The notes under the pieces are model-generated. The model was given only the letters and a program-made list of their open reading frames with translations. It was not told where the DNA came from and ran no database searches. The translations under genes were made by a program, and so were the position numbers. Positions 37,001 through 49,000 of a stretch of 64,000 nt of DNA are shown here, piece by piece (within the stretch, counting starts at the first letter, position 1; every line of letters starts with the position of its first letter). The DNA comes from a virus, in the IMG/VR virus record IMGVR_UViG_3300012936_003490, positions 12,957 to 76,956 of that record, one strand, 5' to 3'.

Positions 37001-40000
37001 GAGGTTCTATCAAATTTTACTGTTGTTTTGATTCCTCTGACAGGACTATTTCCTATCTGTACACTAAATGTTGCCGGACGTCCGCCATCTAAAATATTTC
37101 CATTCACAACAACTCTTGGAACACTATAGTATCCAGAACCAGGAGCCAAAACATCAACACCTGTGACATTACCTTTAGTTCCAATGTAACTTTTTAGAAC
37201 AGTACCAGATCCGCCGCCGCCTTCTAATGTAATTTGCGGTGGATTTGTATAACCTGCTCCTTGATCTACTGGTGTAACCTTGACAACATTGTATGTGCTA
37301 TTATCTAACCAGTTTTTATTAGGATATGTTTCTAAATCTGTGTTTGTTCCAACAAGTGTATCTTGGATTACTTTTACATCTTGTGGTATTATTTTACCTG
37401 CTATTTCATTATAAGACGCAGGTAAATCAAAATCAGTTGTAACTGTTTGTGTAGGATCCAAGCCTTCATATGCACTCAAATATTCTCTAATTTTAGTGCT
37501 AAAAGGTTTTACTTCTTTTACATATGCTTCGTAACTAGGTAAATTGTCATTATTAAAAGTAATATCTTCTCTAAGTTGTCCAACATTATGCTTGGCCTTA
37601 ATGAAACTAGTTTTAAATGCCCAATCAACGTATGTCTGTTCTGCAAACACATATCTTATGCCTGCAAAAAATGCTTTGTTAAATTCTACAAGTAATTCGT
37701 CTACAAATAAATCATCTCGTATAGCTTCTAAAATAATTCTAAGCTCTGTTGTAGGCTCACTATCAAATATTTTCGTATCAAAACTAATGCTGTCGTATCC
37801 TGTAAAGCCTGCTGTAACATCATATAAATTATTTTTAAATTTTACAGTTCCGTTTTGTCTACCTATTGTTTTATAATTAATGCTGTAATCTTCTGTATCG
37901 AAATCAAATTCTTTTTCTATTAATAGCCAACCGCCTGTGCCAATATTAGCAATCTTAACAACTGAACCAATAGGATTATCTAGTGCAGTAAGCTCATAAC
38001 TAAAATCAATAAGATAATCTATATCTGTGCTTTCATTGTAGCCTTTTGCATACCAGTCAATATAATCCCAATACAGTGTTGTATTAAATGCTTGACTTTG
38101 CAATCTATTCCATTTTTTATCTTCAATTAAGCGTTCATAAAGGCTCCATTTACCTTGTAAAGTCTCATCATTAGTTACAAGAACTGCAAAGTTTCTCGCT
38201 GTAGCGATAGACGAATCACTGTAATTACTACCTGATTCTAAAATTTCCACTTCTATTATTTTTCCTTGCGAGTCAATCACTGCTTGCAATTCTGCGCCGC
38301 TACCTGTACCGGATACAGTAATTTTAGGTGCATATCTATAACCATAACCTTGATTGATTACTTCAACTCTGATTATTTTTCCGTTTTCAATAATAGGTTG
38401 CAAGATAGGTTTTTGTAATAAGTTAGTACCAATTGTTTCAATATCTGATAATGTAGCAATTTCAACATCGTACAATCCGCTTGTTGTTGTAGGTATAGGT
38501 TGCTTGCGGTTCAATTCACTTATGTTTTTGTCGTCAACAATAATATTATCTTTAAGAACTAGATTTACCCTTTCAATAAATTGTTTTAACGCTTCATTTT
38601 TATTTTTGAACCATCCTTGTCTTGGTCTATACAATGTTCCGTATTTTTCTTTTTCGCTGAGTGTAGGATCAGGAACAATTCTGCCTTGTGCGTCATATCC
38701 TATCAAACTATCAAACCATTTTTTTACAATGTCTGGATTTGGTTGACTTGTTTCTAAACCTTCACTAACAATTTGATACTGATTATGAATATTTTGCTGT
38801 TGATTTTCTATAGTCCAAAATTGCACGTTTAGCGCAACATCTGTGCCTTTAATAAGATTATCACAATTGTTAATTACAAATTTTTCTGGACTTATGAAAG
38901 AAATAAATTTATGTCCTTTTATAAACGGATCTTCTATATATTCTCTGACTTCTTTAATACTAATATTTCTAAATTCTAAATCAGGTGCTATAGTCTTTTC
39001 TGTTACCCAGAAATAATAATTAGTTTTGAAAGTCTTAGCTACTTCATCGTACACTTTTCTAGTCGAATATGCATTGTCACCATAAAGACTCTGGCCACTA
39101 TAACCTTTGTTGAATCCTGCTTCTGTATCTGCTTGAGCGTCCCATTCACTAGGCACAACATCAGACTCTACCCATTCATAAATGTCAATAGTGTTTCCTT
39201 GAAATACCCTATTCCAATTGTTTGTTGCATATTCAATAGTCCCTTGATAAGGATTATAAAATTTTGCATTTGTAAGGTTCCACCAAACTTCGCCAACTCT
39301 TTCTGGCCCCCAAGATGCACTGGTATCTCTTGTAGCTCTTGAGTCACGACTCGCTGTATACACAGCAGGATCATAATAGGTTTTGTAGGTTAGTTCTTGT
39401 TCGGCAGGGCCTGCAACTTTTCCTTGGATAGGATCAATATAGTCTAGATATGTAAGTAGCTCATTATTTTCTGTATCATATAAAAATACTTTTTTAATCT
39501 TTTCTATGTTAACAGTTTCATTTGACTTTCTATGTGTAATCCACATATCTGTGTTTTCCAACATGCTAAAATCAATTAATTGACCTTCTTTGCCTGAAAT
39601 TATTTTATTAGGTAAGCCTACATATAAATGGTTATTGTTGGCATATATGTTTCTTCCAAAAGTGTTTACATCACTGTCAGGAATTTGAATAGTTTGAGCA
39701 TACAACATACCCTGTGCAGTCTTTTCGTAAACGTAAATTACACCTGTATCGTTTTGGTATTCTACAAATTCTGTAAATGATCCGTCAAAAACTGTTTGTG
39801 GAATAGTGTTACCTGCTTCGGTGCCGTCAAATGTTGTTTTTTGTATACTATCTGCATTTCTTGATGTAATATGTAGTTTATTATCGCTGTATTGTAAGCG
39901 CCAGCCGAATTTTTCTGCTCTCTCATCATTAGGACTACGTAGTTCTTGTAACAAAGTAAATACGCCAGCTACTTGGCTGTAAATAAACACTTTACCTTGA

Positions 40001-43000
40001 TCTTGTTTATAATCATCATTAAATGGCGCACTAATTGCAATATACATACCGTCATCTGAAATAGCAATGTCATGTCCAAATCCGCTTGTACTATCCGGTG
40101 CTTGAATTTCTTGGCTTCTCTCGTAGAATCCGTTATTCAATCTATATACTACAATTTGGTTAGGTTTAGTATTATCATAAATTGCGCTGGCAATTAATAC
40201 TTCGCCGTTTTTATTTTTATCAAATTGCTCACCAAAAGCAGATAATAATTGTTGATCTAAAACAGTGCTTCCATCAGTACTATCGTTAACTACACTTGTG
40301 CCTGAATCGTTAGGAATATATCCTACATAATCTATTAAATCATCTGTGCTAGTCCAGTCATTAAAATCAAAAATGCCTGGCGCAAGATTAGTTTTTGCTG
40401 TATATAAAACACCAGTGCCGACTGCCGCTGGATTCTCTCTATAAACAATATCACCTGTCAAATAGGTAATTGTTTCATCAAAAGATCCTTTGAATTTTTT
40501 ATTTTTTGCGTATTCCCATGTATACGTAATACCATTCTCTTCGCCATTTTTTATAAAGTAAATTCTTCCAGGATTTGACTGCGTTTGTGTGCCTTTGGCA
40601 TGTACAAATAATCTATACAAATTATTATTTTTTGTAAAGTTTACGTCATTGCCTAATAAGAAATTACTTTGCTTTTCAGGTACAGTATATGAACCTATAG
40701 GGTCATATCTTCCTGGCGCTGATCTACTGTAAATATTGTACAATCCTTCATTAGTAAGTCCACTAGGAGTACCAGTTACGTCTGTTGGAATTTTGTAAAC
40801 ACCTTCCCATTCATTATTTGAACTACTAGGTATATTTGCAGTTCTAGGAATACCTAAAACGTTTCCTTCTTGATACATCCAATATTCAATATCAATTAAT
40901 TCTTCTTCAGCAGACAATGAAATATTTGCTGGTGCTTCAAACACTAATAATTTACCTATGTCTCCTGGTGCATATCCCAAAGAAACTGATTGTATATCAC
41001 CCATCACACGATCAACTTGGTAGGTTACGTCTGGATCTGACGGAGTGCCTATAAATTCAATTTGAGCATTTTGTCCGTATACGTTACCAACACTAAAATC
41101 ACCAACAAGATTTTTTACAAAAATGGTTGCATCTAAAGAATTACGTTGATAGAATATAACCGATGCTGTTGCACCTGTGTTAACATCTCTTACAGTATCT
41201 CCAACCCTAGGTTCAAATGGTTCTCCGTTTACATCAAATGCAGTAAATTGGAAATTAATATATCCATCCCACAAATCGTAAACTTGTCTTGAAGTATTTG
41301 TAACTGCTGTTGTCAATCCTATAGTAGTCAGATCTAAAAAGTTGCCAGTTGTGTATTGAGGTAATTGATTTACATACACACTTACAGTATCTCCAGGAGA
41401 TAATGTGTCTGATAACGTTTTTGGTGCTCTCATAACGTATAGGTTGCTAGAGAATGTATCATTACTACCCCCTGCACCTGGAAGACCTCTATACGTAAGT
41501 GTTCTTATTATGCTATTTTGGACATTCAAACTACTGATGTCAGTTGTTGCAGTATCTAAACTATTAAAGTAGTATCTACCGGTAGGAGTGCTATCACTAA
41601 TAACATCATAGTAAACAATGCCTAAACCTTTATCTAAATTTTGAGTCAAATCTGTAGGAGTATATGACGGTGTGTCAATGTACCAAAATCCTCCCCAAAC
41701 ATCGTTTGTGTCTACAGTATCTATAGGTGCTTGTTTTATAAAAGATCCTATAAAGTCTCCGTCTGACCTAAAAATACTATCAGTAGTATTGAAAGATCCA
41801 TTTACGTTGCTCATGTATAAAACTGCTTTTGCTCCTGATGATCCAACATAGTCAACAGTACCTGTAGCAGTTCCTGTTGATAATTGGTCTCCTACATTTG
41901 GGGTGTTCACAATCTCAGGTAAAAACAATACAACATCAACTTTCTTTTGTATGGTATGTTCTAAAGTTAAAAATGCGTCTGTTATAGGAGTATGATCGCC
42001 TCCAAATGGAGCTCTTGCTTCGAGTGCATTTAGATCTTGGTTTGCGTATGTCTTTGTATTCCAGGCAATTTTGATTTGATCATTAATACCACTACCTTCG
42101 TATTGTACTTTTGGAGCACGTATTAATATATGATCCGTTGCCACACCATTGAACGCATATTGATTTGATACCGTGTCAATTGAATAATTACCTACCAGAA
42201 CAACAGGTATATTATAAGTACCAGTTGTTGCATTTTCTAGTCCTAGTTCAAATATGGTTTGAGTAACAGAATTAAAACTACTAAATTGAATGTTGTCTAC
42301 AGCACCTGATATGTCAACTACTGCCCTCCATAACTGTCCGTCTTTTTGAACTATACTGCTTTTACTGTAATTTACAGTATCTACAAATGCTCCAGCATAT
42401 TTTGTTTTAACATTACTTGCATTAGGAGAACCAATTACAGCATAAGCTCCATCAGGACTAATTGCAACACTTTTTCCAAATTTTTCGCCTGCATCTCCCC
42501 AACCACTTGGTTCTAATACTTGACTTAGTGTGTATGATAGTCTATTTGTAGGCCTAAAGTAAACATATACTTTACCATCTCCTTGGTCCGGGGCACCTAT
42601 CATCAGTGTTGTATTTCTGTCATCGGACGAAATTGATGTTCCAAAATTTATTTCAGTGCCGCTTTCAAGATTTGCTATACGCATTTGTTCTGAGAAGTTA
42701 TTCTTATTCTTTAATACTCCCCATTCTTTATTATCATTAAGTTCGTCAATCCAAATTAAATCTTCGCCTACAAGATTATTCTGTGCAATACTATTTGCTT
42801 CATCTACATTAAGGGCTCTTACTTGTAAAAATTCTGTCAAGCTACCTAGACATTTTTCAATATCATCTTCAATAGGAGCAGAAGTAGCAAGTGTTAGTAT
42901 ATTTCTTGAAATATCTAAAATTTTATAAAAGTCACTGAACGGATACTTATTTGTTACTACACCTTCAACAGTGCTGTCTTCAAATCCTTCTATTACATCA

Positions 43001-46000
43001 TACACACTATGCATGCCAATTATTTGTCCTTTAGACAAGGTATTAGCATTTGTGTTCAAATGTATTTTAAATTGTGTTTCACCTTTTTCAATTTTTTCAA
43101 CAGTGTATACTGAATCAACGTGTTTGTATACGTTCCAATTTTTATCTTCGTTACCTACCCATATATAACTATTTTTATCTATATCTGAAAAATTAAAATC
43201 TAATATATTATCATAATTAGTTACTATACCTCTAACGTCTTGTTGATTGACATAACCTGCATTTTTTGTGTAAGAGTCAAAGACATATTTGCCTGGAAAA
43301 GGTGAATGATCATAATCTTTTGATTTTTGATATACTTCAAATGGTCTAATTCTATATATTAAATCAGTTTCTTCACCAGTAATAGTATTAACAAGTTCGA
43401 CAGGTTGTGGTGTTAATTTAAATTTAGATTCATCTAACTTAAAGATGACATCGTCAAATCCTTCACTTGCACCGTACTGGCCATCCTTGATTGCCCATTC
43501 TTCGTAAAATTCTAAACTGTCTTTGTCGTCACTTGCAAGTGCATCAAATAATTTAGTCAATGCATTTTTAGATCCTTTATCTTGGATCATACCTTGATAA
43601 AACTTATATTGACTTACATCGTCATTTACAATATTTTCTAAGTATTGACGTTTTTGATATCCTATTAAATGTTGAGCCAGGCGCTGTTGTTCAACATCAA
43701 AGTTATCTGAATCTAAATCATAAAAGTCTGCAAATTGATTTGTTTTATATTCAAAATTAGCAAATAATCCACCTTCGGGTTTTCCTGAAAGTATATTCCA
43801 GTCCTTGGCATCAAATATTTCAGTACCTGGTATCTTTACAGGAGCACTGTAATAAAATTCTTTGTTTTTAACAACAGTGCCAATGTCATAATCAGTGTAA
43901 GATTCCCAATCTCTTACATCTGCATCATCATATATAAAACCAGGAATATTTAAACTTCCATCCCATTCGGTGGTTCTATATCCTAAAACTTTTATACGTT
44001 CTTGTCTATAACCAGGTTGTTGATCAAAAATTACATCATTAAACACAGTATTGTTGTCAATAATCACCACATGCTCTTTTTGAACCAAAGGTAAACTTAT
44101 ATAGTAAACGCCATCTGCTGTGTTTTTTGGACGTAAAACAAACTCATTAGAATCTCTACCTAAACCTGTAAACTCCTCATTTAATTTTTGTCCATCTGCT
44201 TTGTATAATCCATATCCATAAAAGCCGTCAAATATGTTGTCTACCATAGTATATTCTGAATTAAATCTTATTTCTTGTGCAGAAGGACTTAAAGTAATGA
44301 CGCTTCCTTCTGCCCATTTTTGTGTTGTCCAGAATAAAAATTCGTTGACTGCATGACGCCAATTAAGAACTGTTTTTTGCTGGCCTTCAAAATAATTAAA
44401 TGTAAATCCTTGTGTTTCTAAATATGCACCATAACCTAATAAGAAATCAACAACATCCTGTATTTCAGTATACAATGTTCCGTATTCTATTTCATCAGTA
44501 AAAGCACTGTTAAATTGCTTTCTTATAAAAGCAGATCGTCCACCAATTAATGGTAACGCTGGTAACTTACTAAATTTAGAGTCATCAAAACTTTCAGTGC
44601 TTTGATGTTGTGTTTTAGTTCTATAGTAAGCACCTTGATACTGAACATTTTGTCCAGCAATATAAGTTTTACCGCTGTCCCATTCTACATAAGGTTCACT
44701 CACTCCACCTATGTTAATACTCGGATCAGTCTGACTTGGTACTGCTCTCAAATATTTGAATGTTGTAGAACTAGGACTGTATCCTTTTACAACATATCCA
44801 TCTGTACGTCTTTCTACAATTACACCACTATAGTCTATAGTTTTTACAGGTGAACTTGTGTTTAGAAAGATCTTATAATTTTCGTCTGGTACAAATACGT
44901 TTCCTTCGTTTAAAGGAGTTCTGCTGTCTAATATTAATTTAAATTTTTCTTTGTCGGTATAACCAGCTAATTTAAATCCTAATTGATTATCTATTGTCCT
45001 TAAATTATTTTTATATTCATTATAATTTTTTGCAACGTCACTTGCCATATAAGAGGCTACGTAATTCACAAGACCGCTTGTAAAAGTTTGTGTATCTTCT
45101 TCAATTGTACTAGGAAAAACAATGTCATTTAATGTAATTCTTTTACTGGTTGGCTTATATACAATGCTACCTGCACTATTTCTAATTTGATTGATTCTAT
45201 CAAAACCAGTACTAAACATCAAAGAAGGTTTATTTATTGTAAATGATTTAATTAACGAGAACGGATAATCAGAACTATTTCTCCAAGCACTTTCTACCGG
45301 AGCTCCGTCTCCAAATCTAAAACTAAAATCTATAGTATCTGGTTGAAAGTTTTTTACAATACCTGCATCTAATGGCGGTAATAGGTGACCTGCACTGTCA
45401 ACTGGTATATAATTAAGCAGGCCAGGACGTTTATAATTATTAAGTATTTGATATTTTTTGTTTGGTTCTCTGACAATACCGTTTTGAATGTCAGTCCACA
45501 TTAAAAGATTATCTCTTGTATAGGGTGCTGACCCGTATTGATCATCCCACCATTTAGGTTTAATTGTAAATCCTAAAATTTCCCAAGGATGTGTATGAGG
45601 CCTATCTGTGTCAAATAGTCGTATGTAAATTTGACGCCAAAAGCCAGGCATATCATTATTACTATCAAAATTTGAATTATTATAGTTAAACGTAAATCTA
45701 TTGGTTCTTTCAAAGAAATTATGTAATGTATAATCTTGATTTATAAATTTTGTCCACTCAATAAATCCACTCAACATAGATCTGTTAATATCTTTGATGG
45801 CTAAACCTGTTGATCTAAATTCGCCAGGCATAAAATTATGTATATCGAACATATTTTTATCATAATTTACTTTTATATTATTGTAGATTCTTTTTTCTAA
45901 TTCTAAAAGCAAATCATCTCTATAATCACCAAACGCTACAAATCTACTTCCGTCATGCCCTTGTATTATATTTTGCGCTGTTATATATGTGTCATCTAAA

Positions 46001-49000
46001 TAGGCTTGTGGTTCATATTTTGGATACAGACCTAATTTTGTAGGTGTAGGTGGAATATAACTTCCGTTAGTTGTTTCGTATTCATAAATATCAATCCTAT
46101 CATCAACTGCTTTGCTTGCAGTAATCACAGCAAACCCATCTTCATTAAAAGTATAATCTTTACCATACACCAATTGAACATCATTATTATAAACATAAAT
46201 TGCTTTTTTGCTTGGTTGGGAAATATCAAACACTGCTGACAATGCAAAGAATTGTTCATCACTATCAATTACAATATGTTCTATCTTTTTAAATGCGCCT
46301 AATCCTGCCATATCACTAAAGTAGAATGCACCGGTTTTTTGTTTGTCAATGTTTATGCTTCTTAAAATTTCATCAACTCTATCTCTTACAGAACCTTGAA
46401 ATTCTGTTTCTTCTGCTTTTTGTAAAAATACACGTTTGAAACGATTGTATTCTTTTCTTGCATAGTCAATACTTTTTATTATGTTTGAATCTTTATCTGT
46501 AATATGGTACAAACTTAAATTTAAAGGCGCACTATGCTGAAGGAATCTTCTACCTTTTTCAGACAACGAACTTATATCGCGTAAATTACTTACTCCTGGA
46601 TATATGCCTTCAAAGTTGTCTAGATTTTCTACAATAGTTGCGACATGATCATTAACTTCGCCTAATGTAAATTCAAATAGATTTTCATTTTTTGGATTAC
46701 GTTCAAGGTTAGTTGGTAGTTCATAATACCCATTTTCATTTTTTGTTTTTTGAGACTTTGTTTTTATAATAATCACATCGCCTAAAGTCAAGTCATTAAC
46801 AAATGTTATGATTGCATTATTATTCACATCATTACTAATAGTAAAATCTTTATTTTCCATTTGTAACTTATTGTTAAGATACACTCTGGTCCATAAATCA
46901 ACTAATAAGCCACTTTGGTCATATACATCTATTGCAAAATTTGTTTGAGTATTGTCAAAAACGTATTGTCTTATTACAGGTTGATCACTATATGTGTCAA
47001 CTTTTTTCCACCCACTTACAACCTCATAATCACTTAGACTTGAAAACTTGTGCAAAAATCCTATATCTGTGTTAAGGCTAATTAATTCGTTTTCAATAGT
47101 GTATGTCATAGAACCTTGTTGGATATCATAAGTAAACACAATATCACCTACGTTATTGATACTCCTATAACTTAATGGGAATCCTAATTCAGTATCATTT
47201 GTACCTTGACCCATTTTATAACTGAAAATTTTGTTTCCGGTAAAATTAGTTGCTTCATATTTTATGCTATCTGAATAACTTGTTCCTGTATCATCAAAAA
47301 TGTCAAATAACGGTTGTTGGTTTCTTTGTGTTTTTTCTTGTGTTAAACTCCAAGAACCATTTTGATAATAAAACATTTTGCCTTTGAATTCGTTACCATT
47401 CAAAACAAGTAATACTTCGTTTTCTTGAGGTATTCCATCTGTAACTTCTTTGAGTGTTATTTGATTTTGTACACCTCCACCTCTTGCAAATTTTATAATA
47501 TCAACTTCAAAAATCCTACCCTTTACAAGTATATCTTTATCGGCGGTAAAAAGTATACGCATGCCTTTAACAATATCAATACCATCAATATTATAACCTA
47601 TGCTACCTTCAATTGTGCTAAAGACATCTGTTGTAAAATTATCAACTAGATCTACATCTAATTTTGATTTTGTGCCAAAGTTGTGCAATTTAATATTAGG
47701 TTCGAACTCAATTATAGGACGCTTTGCTCTCTGTTCCTGATCAAGTTCTACAGGTTGATTATTTTGAACTGCACTTTGAGTGATTACATCTTTATGAAAC
47801 CATCTATTATACCTTGACCACAAATTGCCGTCTTGTGATGCACGATTGATCACAATGTAATCTTTTTCTTTTGGAAAACCAATTGCTTTTCCGTAAGGCA
47901 ACCTGTCAAAGCCGTTAGCATCAAATTCTACTTCTACGTCATCAGTAAACTCGGTAGGTACATTAAGCTCTGTCTCAGCAATGAGTTTAATTTTATCTCC
48001 TACTCCTTCTACATAAAACGCACCTTCTGCATACTTTGCAGGTTCAACTTCTCCTGTAAAATAAATTTTCATACCGTTTGATAGTTCAACGCCATTGCTT
48101 GCTTTATAGTTTTTCTTTCCGATAATTTCTTTTTCAACATCTATAAATGTTGCTTCTGTAATATCTTTTACAACAATTGTGCCGCTGGCTTGTAAATCGT
48201 TTGATGCAGTGTAATATAACACGTCTGGCGTATCTGTTCCAAGTTGGAGTGTGCTAACTCCTTTTTCTAAACCTTGTACATCAACTCCTTCTAGCACAAT
48301 TATACTAGAACTATCTAAATCAAATCCTTCATCTAATGTTCTTTTTGTTTTAATAGTAAAAGGAAGATTAGGGGTGTCGATATCAAATCGATATGTTATA
48401 CCTCTATAAAGTGTTATTGTCGGATTGTTAGTTAAACCGTCTGGTGAGAAAATATAAGTGTTATTGTCTACATTGTCGCCAATACGAACAGTATACGTGC
48501 TTTCAACTTCTATCGTATTTCCAGGTAAACCAAAACTTTGAGGTCCATTAGGCAACCAATAATATTCTCTAAAATTAGTGATTTTATCCCAATCAATATG
48601 CGGATCCCAGGCATAGTATTCTTGCTGGTTGAACACACTGTGATCCATAATGCCTTTGTTAAAATAATCTAACTGATTTACATAATCATTATAGTCTTTA
48701 TAAAAAGTTATATTTCCTAAATTATCTTTGACTATTGATGCAGGTTCTAATTGATAATTTTCTCTAGATGGTGATACATCGTTAACATAATTATCACTAG
48801 CCGAAAATGCTTTTGCAGACTTTCTTCCTATGTAACCGTTTAATTTTTCTACTACTCCTGGTTGTATAAGTTGGTCAACAGTAGAGGATAAAAACTTTTT
48901 ATTTGCCGGTGTTCTAAAATATTTAGGAAGATGATTTTCACTTTTTCTTTTAGAGCTTCCATCGCTATTTGGAAGTGGCTGTTCTGCTTGATCATTAGTG